A stretch of 62,217 nt of DNA, counting the filler, from Choristocarpus tenellus KU-1152 (taxonomy: Eukaryota > Protista > Phaeophyceae): NCBI GenBank assembly GCA_964200185.2. It is 11 parts of 11 records of this genome, joined end to end, with 100 filler letters (N's around TTAATTAATTAA, not from the genome) between each part and the next. Parts side by side here need not be neighbours in the genome. Positions count along the whole stretch, not along the records: positions 12,026 to 20,559 come from CAXNAD020004610.1; positions 20,660 to 24,147 come from CAXNAD020019686.1; positions 24,248 to 37,882 come from CAXNAD020001428.1; 8 more parts are not named here. The stretch is one strand, 5' to 3'. The notes under the pieces are model-generated. The model saw nothing but the letters and a program-made list of their open reading frames with translations. It was not told the origin of the DNA and did no database searches. Shown piece by piece: positions 12,750 to 25,902 of the stretch. The translations under genes were made by a program, and so were the position numbers. Position 1 is the stretch's first letter. Each line of letters opens with the position of its first letter.

Positions 12750-15700
12750 CCCTGGCATGCCGAATCGGCAGTGAATACCACGCTGTTCCTCAGGTTCCTT
12801 GAGGAAGATATTTCCCTTGGTGGGGTCATTGATATCTGGCCATTGGAATATTTCTAACTCCTCTCGAATCACCTGGTGGCAATAAAGTCAAGATCAGGAT
12901 CATATTTTTAGTCAACGAGTCAAAGTATCTTAGAGGGTAAAGGCGTGTCCATTTGGGAGGCAAAATCCAATGTTGCGATTATGATGTAATTTTGACTATC
13001 GTGTTTGTTAGGAAGTGTCTATCCATTTTCTGGACACACCTCTTCATAACGTATACATTTTACCTATTGAAAACATTTTGGAGTAGGAAAACGTTATAAA
13101 AAAACCCATGGGAAGTCAAGTCCCAAATTGACAAACAGGTCAAAACTCGTACCCTCTAAGATATTTTCACTCCAACACTCGAACTTCAAAGCATGGGAGG
13201 CTTGTGCACAAGTCTGTTGACCTTTACTCGCCACTCAAATAAGGTTCTCAGAACTTAGCTGTACCGATCGCTTGGCGAATGCTGAGTGGTGATTGATGTA
13301 TCAGCAAAGGGATTTAAATGTAGTGGTCCTCCCAACCTTACTTGAAAGAAACCGAATTTGCATGGCGAAAACTAGAGAAAGAATCAAGTTCGCCTCTTGG
13401 CTTTGTACTATATGCGGGTTGACGACCATTATTAATATTGAACCTTCACGAACCATTCATTGCCATGTTGTTGGAGAAGGTGAACCCATTGACACGAAAC
13501 ACTCAGGGTATGAAATAATAGTTTATACTGCAATTACAGTGGCACAATTGTATTGCACCCTTCACCTAAAGGAACAGGTCAACACACAATGTTTTTTTCT
13601 TAGTCACGTACAGCATACAACCCCTGCAAGTTGACGGGTAGACATAAAGGCAGACACTGTATCGGATACGTACAGTAGGTATAATACAGTAGGTATAATA
13701 AGCACGTAGTACCATCAGGAAGAAGACAGAAAAAAACTATTGGGGGCCGCATGGAGTGTAATGGTGTGTAAATCATTGGAACAGGTGGCACATTTCACCC
13801 TGAAATTAGTCAAGATGAGACAAAACTCTTCACCAGGCGGTTTTGCATTGACGATGTGGGTAGGAACTACATTTGGTAGTTCACCCTCATTGCATGACCA
13901 CACTATTATACTACTAGGGGGCTACATGAGGTGTTCGTTGCCACAATGGGTTAGGTTCACATATTGTCACAGCACTGTCACATCCTCACCAAGTTATCCA
14001 TGTCACCAACTCGGAAATACCAATGTTCTCCATTGGCAGGGTCCCTCCTTCCTCCCCTTGCATAGGCAGTGGCTAGGTAGAGCCATTCCCCATATGAGAG
14101 TTCCACACTATCTGTCGGAGCCACCCACGTTGTGGCATTGCCCTTGGAGTCTACTGTCTGTAATGTAGAGCCCTGGTAGACCATGGCATGATAACACGGA
14201 AATTCTTAGTACTAGAGTGTGTAGATGTAAAGCCCTAAACTCAAGAACTACAGTGTTAATATCGAATGGGAAGGAAGGTGGAGGTAGTCACTATACTCGA
14301 AATAGCACCATATAGAAAGTCCCTGGGGTCGGAACACGCAATTGGAGGTAGAGGGGTGTGGATTGGTGGATAGATATATGGGGAATGAGGGTGGACGGAT
14401 ACAAAGGATAAACTGACTTGAAATCATATGGAGGAGACAGAACATAAGGTCAAATGAAGTAGGGAAGAGAGTGAGGCAGCACGAAAAAAGACTGGTAGCA
14501 TGTGAAGGGGGGAGGAGAACAAGTTGGCATCAGTGTAGGGATTGCGAATGGAGAATGTGAGAAAGAACAGGGAGTATGATGCAGAAAGGGGGAAGAAAAC
14601 ATTTCGGGGTATTCTATTTCGGATTCTGGCATTGATGTTGATGTAGCATACTGAACACTGACTCCTATATTCCATTGCTATAGAGAAGTAGAGTATTGAA
14701 TTGATATATCCCAGAGAATTAAAATTCCCACACTAGTTCCACAGTAGAAGACATCTAGGGCGTTGGAAATTATAGGAGCACAATGCTTGAAGCACAGAAT
14801 TGTATCGAATACCAAGGGCATACTTTGGATTGCGGACATTCAAGGATCATATACAGAAGCCTTCAGAAGTACTCTGCAAGACATGCAGTGGAGAGAGAGA
14901 GAGAGAGAGAGAGAGAGCTCAATACAAGTATTCACTAAACGCTCCTCACCGGCATAGCATCGTAGTACAAGAAGTGATTATTTTTTGAGCGTTCGGTATC
15001 ATACTTCCTCCCGCCTCCCAAGATCTTGTTCATGTAGGCAGGATCACTCCACCTTCCCACCGCAGCATCCAAGGATGGGATATTGTAAAGGATGAAAGGC
15101 TGCGAGGGATAGAGAGAGGAAATAGGCACCGACATATCTTGGTCAGGTATGCAACGGTTTCCCCTATTTGGCGAATAAATGCCGCTGGCCATGATAATAA
15201 AATTAAAAGTGACACCGCAAGGAGAACGCACAGAAGTCTCATTCGACTGGAGGTGATATTGCCAAAGGAACACAATGGTGTAGCACCGAGAATTTATACG
15301 TGGTATACAATCAACCCCAATATTCTAGAAGATTATTTCTTCAATGGATTGAAGTGGTCATGAAGAGTTTTGGGGACACTGCCGAATAATTGGATATTAT
15401 TCACCAGTGCTAGTTTGAAACTCTGGCATATGTGTCACTCCAACCTTCCTTAGCCCTAGACCTGACAAGGTTAAAAAATATAAATTCCTTACTGCTCAGG
15501 CATTGAAACACGGGAATGTACCCCTGGTTGGACACCCCAACCTATGTACTCTGGTGCAGCAGATATGTCGTCACTCGTGCCAACATCCCCAATTGAATTA
15601 ATCATTTCGAATCCCGACACCAACGCTAGACTTGTGTGTGCTTTACCTTTTCAGAATTGTGGTACTTCATGGCCTTTCTCAGTTCTTGCTGGTAGTCAAA

Positions 15701-18700
15701 CCTATACTATGTTCGTTTTATGTATTGGGGATAAGAGTTTGGGTTAGGCAACTGAAAACGTGCGCTGGGGAAATTATGTATCTCGATGTAATATAGTTTA
15801 GGAATGGAGGGAAAAATGATGAGGCGACATAGAAGCCGGACAACCTAATGAAAATGTTAAGGCAGGACACAATCTATTCACTCCACAAGCGAAAATTTGG
15901 AAATGCTTGGACCTTAGAAGCTACCTGTCAAGTTGGCTCATGGTGGACAGACACCCAAATCTAACGACCACGATTTGTTTGAAGGACTCGAAAGAGAAAG
16001 GAGCATAGCACATTGGGTAGTAGGAATGGCTAAACACACTTCCCAGATATATTTGACGGAAGTAGCACGCATCTGTGGTTCTTTCTCCCCCATATGCATA
16101 TATAGCCCTAGTATTTATAGACCATTCCAAATTACCAAGATCATACCTGCAAGTGGAAAGATACATTTTTGGTGCGACGTAGCTGGCATCATCAGGATTC
16201 CAGTTCCTGATGACGTCCAATACAGGGTATCCCTTTGGGTAGTCCTCAGGTGGCTCTTCAGGGCAGTTGAACTCTTCCATTGGAGCAGAGAAATACCTGC
16301 CAGGCAACGGAGTAGGGAGAATATGATGTACAACTGGTTGACGAGGCACCAACAACCAGCACAGATGTCGAAGCAACTGAGGAATGCCACAATCATTTTA
16401 TGGCTCCAGTTTGGACGCGTGATATGTATGGAAACTAAGGATGAAGGTCAGGTAATCGCACGCGCTATATGGAATGCATCTAAGTAAGCTTAGATCGTCA
16501 TTAGACCAGGAAACGTATATCAGTGATAGGACAAAATTCCACGGGGTTCACCATCTCATCCGTCTTGAGGGAATGGGACGTAAGATATGTATCCTTGGCT
16601 TCCCAATATTTTTCATTCATTGCTGCGCTCTATATTAGCTGAGACTAAAGTCTAGGTTTGTGTAAGGGTTATGCACATTGTACTTGAAAGACTACAGAGG
16701 TCTATTGGCAGGATGTGATTAGCTTGGGGTAGTCCAAACACTTCTGCATCTCCAGCATTCTTCAGAAAGAGTAGTTGACCTCACGATATTACTCATCCCG
16801 AATGAAAGCCAAGCTAGCAGTGAACTATTTACAAATTTTTAATCCAGTTCACAAGAATGTTGAAGTTCACATTACTTTCAAATACACAGTAAACCAGCAT
16901 TTAAAAGGGGAAAGAGATAACCACTAGAATGGAACAAGTCTTTTTTTTTATAGTAGGAGTCCTCATTGGATGCTGGACTCACTTCAAGTATCTACAATAT
17001 CATACCTGTGACACAAAACGACAGTATAAAATAAACAGTTCACGGGTGGAGCTTTCTCTTACCTGGACGACATGAAATCTGGTGCGAGTGGGTCAACCAC
17101 CCTCTTCAGGCCCCTCAGATACTCTGGAGTCAATTCTAGTGCAGTAAATCTCTCCTCTTCGGCCAACTTTGAGCTAGTTCCTTCTCTCCCTCCGAGGGTG
17201 TCAGGAATGAACTTCGATGGAATACCATGCTTCTCGAGTTCAGAGTATGTTGGCTGAAGATACTTGCTGGCAGCACGTTTCACTGGCATGGACAGATCAT
17301 AACGACAAGAGTGTGTATCAACAAGTAAGTCATGCCAACATCCAATGGGTACAGGGAGGTCGCACGAACAGCAAGACTTACACCAATGAAATGAAATTTA
17401 TGTCATATTGGGCCACACTATGATTGCAACATTTTAGTTAACTAAAATGCAATCAGATGCGACACAATGGAATTTTGATAACCAGCTTGTCAGCGAGGTA
17501 AGGTATGGTTACTGCAACAATACAGCACTAGATTTGTCCTGTAAAAGGCACATAAATAAACTCGTTAAAATAATGAAGTTAGTGCACAGGTATGCAATAC
17601 ACCAGTGTAGGTGATAGAACATGAAAGGAAGCTGGGGTACAACTCAAAAAATTGAGCATAGGGTGGGTAATCTAGAAGGAAGATTGGCTCCCTTGTCTCT
17701 GAAGAAGAAAAATCACATTTTGTTGTTAGTTATCCCAAGCAGAATGGCAGAGGTCCATCTTATTCCTTGTTCGTGTTCTTCACTATACAAACGAGGGCTC
17801 TAGCGCTCCATAGCTCCAGAACGCTAAAACTCTGCGTATGCACGGTACTTGATCGACCAGATTTTTGGAAGCATACATCACAGGGAACAATTTTCTTTCT
17901 TGTTTATCATTTCTTATGCCTGTTGAATAGCAAAGAGGCTTGTTTTCCTTATCCAAGTGAACACACTATGTTCTGTTGTATATGGGGAAACCTTCGTTGT
18001 GAGCAATGAAGACTCTTTAGCTGCATTCGTTCATTGTCTTGTATGCTGCTTCTTTCTCCTCCATGAAAACACCCACAAAATATCATTTGGCATAGAACAG
18101 TAATATTCATAATATATTACACCTTACTCGCTTCTTGTGCACTTAAGGCCACTGGCATGACACTTATACACGTACAAGTATATAGTCTAAAAACTGTTAG
18201 TAAGCAAGTATGAATTTGTAATGATATACTTGTTTATCACTCGAGCGGTAGCAATACTCACTGGCTTCGGAGGCACGATCCTTGCTGCCAAATGTGTTGG
18301 ATGACGTAAGGTCCTTCACCATTGTCCTTGTGTACCTGACCGAGGCCTTCCATGAAATATATGACACAGGGATATGTACATCATGTATCACAAGCACAAA
18401 ATAGAGAGGAAGAGGTATGTCTTAATTCAGGACAGAAGAGTCGACCCTAGAATGACTGACACTGTAACTTTCCTTTCTATGTGAGTTCATTCAGGCCAGT
18501 AACGAGAGAGGGAGGGGAGGGACGGGTCAATGGCCAGCAGTAGTTAAACTGGGGACAACACCTTGCTCAAAGGCAAATCACAGTTTGTACATGTAATTTT
18601 CCTCCCTAGTTCTGCAGTCCACCACCCACCACCAATAACACTGCAGTGCACATCAGATTCATTCTAATTATACACATTTCCTGATGAAACCACTCTCACC

Positions 18701-19686
18701 CGATCTGTGGCTGATGCACCCGACAATGGAGATGAACATAATTGACGAGTTAGAGAAACCTAGCAACTACCATCACACTAGGGTAAATCAATGCCGTCTC
18801 TCTAAGCATATGTTCCTCAAGTTCAGTCTGCCATGAAATTTTGAGTGATCAAAAGACTTGATAATCGCACAGTTGTACAGCTCAATCTGAGAATAGTAGC
18901 ATTCTTTGATTTGCTCAAGACTTTAGAAATATTGCATATATCATCCTCTACCTTTAGTCTCACAAATTGGTCGTCACCGTGGTCTATCCCTTCATTATAT
19001 ACATACGACATACAGTTGTCCTACCTCTCCTAAATTGTATCTTGATATATTTACGTTTTGGATACTCAATCCACCCTACACATGTAGTCCAAGAAACTGA
19101 TGGACTTGAAAGGTCATGTACTGGTGAAATGTTAGTCCCACATAAAAAAATCAAAGTGAGACTCTACTAGAAGCAAACCCGAGCAGCACTTGCTCTACTT
19201 CACCTGCAATACTCTCTCCTCATCAATTTCGCTGAGTGGGGATTTGAAGTATTGTCTTAGAAGAGGTACAATGCCCTGAGGAAGGGTGTCGTAGTTCATC
19301 ATCAAGCATACTTCCTCCCCTTGCTGGCAGGCCTCCAGTGCTGTCAGCCATATCGCACCCTAGTAGTGAAGAACATACGAGGAAGCACAGGAGGAGAGTA
19401 AAGCGATAGTGATGACTCTTCTCATCGGAATGTGCATATGTGAAGTAACCAAGTCAGAGGATCGACCCTAAACCTACCTCGGAGAATAATAGGAATGACA
19501 AACAAAGTTATACTCAAGTAGACAGGTCAGAACAGGCTATAATGATTGCAACAGCATTGATTTAATGTAGGTCACTACAACAGGGTCATCAACATACAAC
19601 AGAGAATTTATACCTGAGACCACATGGCCGGGAAACAGAAAAGGCATCTTGTACCTCATCGTTTCCCTTCAACAAGCACTATGCGC

Positions 19687-19717
<31 letters not shown>

Positions 19718-20205
19718 TAATAATGTTCCTGCCTTCACCATTTCCTTCCCCTCTCCAATCTCCCTGATAACACCCAAATACCATAATTACTCAGGGTCTA
19801 GGCCAACTCAGAAAAGGTCTTTGGTTCGTTCTATCCCTATGCAATTATTTTGTCAGGTACACTTCAAGAGGAGTTTGGTGTAGAGCCATGTAGTGTAAGG
19901 GCGTACTGTAGTTTGAATTCCAACAAAGAAGAGACGGAGTGTATCAGATGTAACCATCACAGATCTCACACCTCAGATTTATATTGAACCCTTTGAAGAT
20001 GATGCATTAATGAGAATAATCTGATGGAGATAAGTCACGGTAGAACAAAAAACTGTTCAGAGCATACCAAATGAGCAGCGCAGTACTCCTCATCAGACAC
20101 TCCCTGGGCTTCAACAGCGCTCATCCCCAGAATGTCAAGCATTTCCGCAGAGGGTCTCTGGCGTGATCTTAGGCACATAGGATTAGCATCATGATGATGA
20201 TGTGC
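12750..20205 (-). CDS. Sulfotransferase-like domain fused to a cupin/JmjC-like domain, partial at both ends. Exons 20205-20068, 19359-19204, 18346-18262, 17282-17063, 16296-16147, 15701-15647, 15099-14950, 14172-13990, 12872-12750
   Basis: Nine exons join in frame through GT-AG introns. The N-part has CLRSR..EEYCAAHL..MNYDTLP..AASKYLQPTY. The C-part has NCPEEPPEDYP..NWNPDD..CRFDY..PFILYNIP..NNHFLYY..HWYFR..QRGIHCRFGM, which I recognise as the region preceding the HxD motif in stramenopile cupin/JmjC-type proteins. Gene structure is well supported; domain names less so. Confidence 0.75.
12917..13172. mobile_element. MITE family B (Sola2-like), intronic
   Basis: TIR GAGTCAAAGTATCTTAGAGGGTA / TACCCTCTAAGATATTTTCACTC; 4-bp TSD CAAC. 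Confidence 0.85.
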
Positions 20206-20476
20206 CTAGAATATTTTATATGGAATAGAAAGTGTTGTCCACAAATGGTGCCACGATCCATTGCAGTCATCAGGACAGCCAACAGCAATCACAGCACATA
20301 ATATACGCCCACCAAGCATGGAGTAGATTCAACATTCAACAACACAGCACAGCACGCAGAAAACCGTAGGTATTGGGAAGGGGATGTGGCAAGGTTCAGT
20401 GTGAAGCACTAAGAAAACCCCTTGGAACAGTAGCTAAATTCAGAAAGGGTAGTGTGCATGTATGAAAATAAGATAA

Positions 20477-20559
20477 GAGTCAAAGTATCTTAGAGGGTAG
20501 AGCTGCGTCCATTTGGGGTCCAAAATCCAATGTTGCGATTTTGATGTAATTTTGGTTAT
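20477..20559. mobile_element. MITE family B, cut by contig end
   Basis: GAGTCAAAGTATCTTAGAGGGTAGAGCTGCGTCCATTTGG. Confidence 0.8.
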
Positions 20560-21551
20560 NNNNNNNNNNNNNNNNNNNNNNNNNNNNNNNNNNNNNNNNN
20601 NNNTTAATTAATTAANNNNNNNNNNNNNNNNNNNNNNNNNNNNNNNNNNNNNNNNNNNNTGTAGTCACAATGGCCTCGTACATAGTGCTTCGCCCGCCCC
20701 CAGACCATCTCTATCGGGTTCAATTCACGGTGTCCTGTGAGGGGCAGGCGACATCTCGGAGCTCATTGTGTGTCACAGTGTCCTGTGAGTGGCTTAAACA
20801 GTATTAAGCCGAGGTTCGCCCACGTACCGTTTTGGCGGTTACCAATCTTGATGTTTTTGAAAAGGTTGCCCAACGAGTTAATCGAGGGTCAGCATATCAA
20901 ATGAAAGCTCTAGATGTAAGCTATCACTGGTCCAAAGGAATTTTTCGTAAAAATATGTTTGGTCGTGATAATTCATTCCGGAACATTTCCAAGGTTGTGC
21001 GACTAAAATTTAACCTTACCAAAAAAATTCCGAAAAACTTACTTTGCATCAGTGATAGCTGCATCAGTGATAGCTTAGATTCAGAGCTTCCATTTGATAT
21101 GGCCATCGTTGTTTACTTGTTGGTCAACCATTTAAAAAAAAAAAGTGGTCTCATCCTAGAGGCGATTTCCAACACTGTAGTACTATACTACTTTGTGGAT
21201 ATATCTAGGTTCTATTCTTCTTTTTCTTTTCTGGTCCTTGTTCCCTTTCTCGAAATGTTCATAGTGATAAAAAAATTAAGGAAAACTTGTTTCTTTTGCT
21301 GTGGATCCATCTATTCCAGAACTCTCTTTGTGGAACCTTGGTTGTACTTGTTTTGCATATCCTATCTGTCACTACTACTATATCACATAAAGAATGGACC
21401 AGGATCGAGGTGGCAACATGGAGGTAAGTCAACACAATATTTGAAGGAGAAGGCGGAGAAACGAGCGAGGGAATTGATTAACCCAACGTTCGAGAAGCAG
21501 AGCAGGAACGGAGACAGTACAATAAGTCGTAGTGCAAGAGTTACAGTCACA

Positions 21552-21823
21552 CAGTCCAAGTAATAAACAAGAGGTATGCAGGTTTTGGGCGTTTTGCATT
21601 TTAAGCCAGATTTCTAATCCTTCACAATTCACCCATAATTCTATTGATGAAGTGCTAAGGTTGAATTGAGAACTTTGATTTCTCTATGTTTGAGAAAAAT
21701 CGACACTATTCAAAAAATATCCTATACACATTTCTAAAAATAGAACAATTTTGCACATATTTGTCAGCAACCTTCGAGCATCCTTAGATTACAACTCTGG
21801 GTACCTCTCGTGCACTTTGACTC
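21552..21823. mobile_element. MITE family C, degenerate copy
   Basis: AGTCCAAGTAA..AAGAGGTATGCAGG ... CTGGGTACCTCTCGTGCACTTTGACTC, similar to 38358-38706; no clear TSD. Confidence 0.6.
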
Positions 21824-23139
21824 ACGATAGTATTACACTTCAAAGTACTTCGTATGAGAAGTAGTGCAATGTGATGTCGGACTACAGGTCAGGCTAGTCC
21901 CAGACTCAAGTGAAGACAAAAAAAAATGTTTTAATAATAAGAGTGCAATGAGAGGGACAACTGTTTATAATATAGGGAGATCCAAGGATTAGTCTCCACC
22001 AAATAGGAAGAAAGGTAGGAAAGAGGGTGAATGTGCAAGAGAATTGGAAAGTAGGTTGATGAAAAACACCGCAACAAAGAGGACTAAGATTGGGACTACA
22101 GGGGGAAGGACACAAAAAATATTTATTGATAAACACCACGGACATGGACACATTTTATACTCCAGTGTGTAGATGTAGGTGCAACTCAAGGGAGGCAGGA
22201 AGCCTACTGAAAGTTATCGCTGCTCATCCACACAGTTGGGATGTAGTTCATGGTGAATTAAGTGGGGAGAAATGCTCATTTAAAAAGAGAATTTCTTGGA
22301 GGAGCTGCGCCGACACAACCAATAGCTAATAGACATCAACAAGAGCGAGGGGATGGAGGGTGGGGGTTGAGAAACGGAGGAGGAGAGCTGAGAGGGAGGG
22401 GACGACAACTATGGAAACAAAGGGCCGACAAAGATAGTGGGGGGACGGGGACAAAACCCTTCTCGTATCCCTATAGCAGGCAGGGGAATAGAACAGCCAA
22501 GTAGGAGCGTAAAGCAGGACCTTACGACAGAGTGGTAAAGCGGGTACAAAAGTGTGTCAAGCGGCATGTGCCGATAAATTTGGATGAGGGAAACATGCTG
22601 GTGGGGAAAAGTTACAATTTTAGCCATGACGATGCAGGGAAGAGGGGAGAAAAATCACCTGTACCATCTGCAGCAGGAGCGGGGTTGGGGCATGTTGTGA
22701 TTCTGGGGACGCCACTATCTCCACTTCGTTCTGGTGGAGGACATCGACACCAGGCTAGGAATATGATATGATAATTGTTAACAGTTTCACGATCCAACAT
22801 GGGGAAAAACAATTCCTGCACCCCCCCCCCCATATTGCTTTTACTTTGAGCAAGGCGTGAACTAGGGTTGGCAGGGTGGAGAACGCAATAATGTGAAGGA
22901 GATTTTTTTGTGTTTTTCGTTTTCCTTTGGGGAGAAGGCTTGCCAACCTATATTGAAAAGTCGGCACTGGAGACCAATCAGTTTATTGTCTCTAATTCTA
23001 TTTTTTTGTAGCAAATTCGTACATTTTGGTTGAGGCTGTAATTGGTAGTTGGTCACGCAGGTTGGTCAAAGTAATACCGTGCAATTTCTACGAGTGAAAT
23101 AAAATGTTGCTTTGATTGACGCATGAGACTGAGCAGCAG

Positions 23140-24080
23140 ACGCTGTTGAAAGCATTTCTTCCATCTAGACTAAGACTATGACCCATTCTCCACACTCATT
23201 CCTCAGGCGAATGTCTAGAAGCGCACGCTCTACCCCATTTGGGACCCCTGCGCCGAATTGTCCCACTCCACCGAAAAATTCCTCTAGGTAGGGGCGTCAG
23301 TCTGTTCAGGAAGCTGGAGCACACGCCCTTCTGAAGAAAGAGCCACAGGCAACCGGGCGACACTTTTCCCCAATTGCAGACAATCTGGAGTTTGTGTGAA
23401 GTGCCCAGAACTCCAGAGGTAAAGAGTCCGGAGAGGTGTAGGCTAGTTCCCAGAGCTTTGCAAATGCCTCCGCCACTTCTTCATGACCAACACCTGTCAT
23501 GATGGCTGATCTGATGTGGCTAGGGCGCATCCCATCGGGGCCTGGTGTAGAGTTGCTGTTTGCCCTCATGAAGGCCGTTCGAAGGGAGGTGGGAGTGTAC
23601 TCCCCTTCAGGGGGGCAGTACCTTTCCCCCAGATCTTGAATCCCCTTGTACCCTGTATTTTGCATCTGCGATGGCCTGCCTAAGCTCATCCTGGTTCTCA
23701 CTCGGATGCTTGGGGACCAGCACCCTGCTAGTCTCCTCCGTTCCCGCGGCTCTGGGTTGTGCTAGGAGAACACTCGCCCCCTTGGAGGTGCCTCCATGGT
23801 GGCGACCCAAAGCTGCAGCACGTTTCTGGCGGGATTTGGGGTCCTCTCCAGGGACTTCCCTAAGTCTGCTGGTCCTCTGGGATCGTTCTAGTAGCCATGC
23901 TACCAGCTCTTGGATGTTCCCAGATGCCACACGGGCAAACCTTTCCTCCTTCAAGAACATTTGCCAGTAAGAGGCCAGAGATCATATAGAAGAGTTTGGA
24001 CACTCTGATAACCCCTGTGGTTGGTGTTCCCCCCTCCAGCCTTGGGGCGGTTACCTCATGTATCAGGAGATCCACTGTGT
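23140..24080 (-). mobile_element. Decayed non-LTR retrotransposon reverse transcriptase, CRE-like
   Basis: Motifs STPGPDGMRPSHI, RPVACGSFFRR, QFGAGVPNGVE and LDGRNAFNSV, broken by frameshifts and stops. Confidence 0.8.
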
Positions 24081-24247
24081 GCATATGGGGAAGGGGGTAG
24101 TGGAGGTAGGTGGTGGTGGTGGTGGTGGTGACTGGGGTGGAAGGGGGNNNNNNNNNNNNNNNNNNNNNNNNNNNNNNNNNNNNNNNNNNNNTTAATTAAT
24201 TAANNNNNNNNNNNNNNNNNNNNNNNNNNNNNNNNNNNNNNNNNNNN

Positions 24248-24337
24248 GGATGGACAATGTAGATGCACTTTCCTGATTTTGACTCAAATGGACACCCTGA
24301 TGTAGACCCTCCCCCCCCCCCGCAGATACTTTGGATC
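24248..24337. mobile_element. MITE family A, right end at contig start
   Basis: CAAATGGACACCCTGATGTAGACCC..CCCC.CAGATACTTTGG. Confidence 0.75.
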
Positions 24338-24917
24338 TTGCTTAGGACGCAATAGAGGTCAAATCTGCCTACATCTCAGTTTGGCTCGAATCCAATCTAA
24401 TGTAGGAGGAATTTGTGACAAGGGGAACAAAGATTCAGAAGTTGGACTTGGCGGAGTGTCCATGTCATACAACCATAAAACAACAGAAGTCCAAGCACTT
24501 TGGGCATAAGCTTTCGAATCTTAAGCTAAAATGATACATCTGACTTCCTGTCATATAGCACTTGATTGTATTTATTTACAAAACTCCAAGCTCTCTGGAT
24601 CCCCCAGGTGATCTCAGCAGTGATTATAGCACTTCATCGCTGATGTAGCCCCCAAAAGTGAAAAACAACCCTAACAGTACGCTTGAAAGGTAAGGTCCAA
24701 TGCCTGTATCTGGGTGGTATCTGCAGCCTGATTAGGAGGCCGAAGACAGGTGATCTCCGTCTTGGGTGCTGACATGATCAGACCGAAATGTCTGACTACG
24801 TTTACAACCATTGCAATCATCCTGGCCAAACAGTCAAATCAACTGAGAGGTAGGCAGCGTCGCATTTTAACGATGTGGAGAACAGGCTAAAATATGCCGT
24901 CTTGTACATGGATTTAC

Positions 24918-25179
24918 GAGTGAGAGTATCTTAGAGGGTATGAGTTTTGTCCTTTTTGTCCATTTCGGGCTTGGCTTCCCATATATATATATATAATTAC
25001 ATTTTCCTACTCCATAATGTTTCGGAGCAGGTAAAATGTATGCGTTATGAAAAGGTGTGCCAGGAACAAAGATACTGACACTTCCTAACAAACACGATAG
25101 CAAAAATTATATCAAGATCGCAACATTGGATTTTGGTCCCGAAATGGACACGGCCCTACCCTCTAAGATAATTTGGCTC
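24918..25179. mobile_element. MITE family B (reverse orientation)
   Basis: GAGTGAGAGTATCTTAGAGGGTA ... TACCCTCTAAGATAATTTGGCTC; TSD TTAC. Confidence 0.85.
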
Positions 25180-25902
25180 TTACGGTGTCAGTTTGTGTGT
25201 GGAAAGGGGAAATGTTAATTTTGTAAACTGTTGTGCGTATTAAACCAATGAAATATAGTGTATCACACAAGGTAAGAAAGATGACTTAGAATGCAACAGG
25301 TTCCAAACCTGCCTACCTCTCAATTAGTTTGGTCAAAACCTCCTTCGGTCTTGAAGGCAGTGCCCATATGATCAGGATATAGCATACCCCACAATAGTTG
25401 CTCAAGTGTCCCACTCCCCAGTGTTCTCCTCCGAACTATCCAGTTGTTCGTGGCCACTCTCTTGATCACAACAAGGTCCTTTGGAGATAATCGGGTGAGA
25501 GGTGAACTTGATTACAGATTACTTAAGATTGCAGTGAAAAAGATTTTTAAGAGGATGAGAGGAAGACACATCCTTGTACCTGTGATATAGTGAACGAATT
25601 AGTGACGTAACAGGCAGCCATCTGTGTAATCCCTGCGAAGTTGTCTGTGGTGAATGAAAAATCTATTACAGATTTACAAGAAAACAAATTTGGCGTCAAT
25701 GGGGTTCGAACCATGGAATCCATGTATGGTACACACATCATCTAAGGAAGGGGAAGGTTCAAATATGATGAAATTATCATTCCATAATTGACAAGAGTGA
25801 GAGATGTGATGATACATAGAGAAGGAAGGCGAATATCCTACGCACGCTTTTTCCATCCATCGCCTCTAATGTCTACTAAAAGCTATCAAATTCTCGAGGC
25901 AG

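Noticed and set aside
20832-21563. 243-aa ORF
   Set aside because: AT-rich, no recognisable domain, contains a 15-bp tandem duplication and runs into a MITE; probably non-coding repeat sequence.
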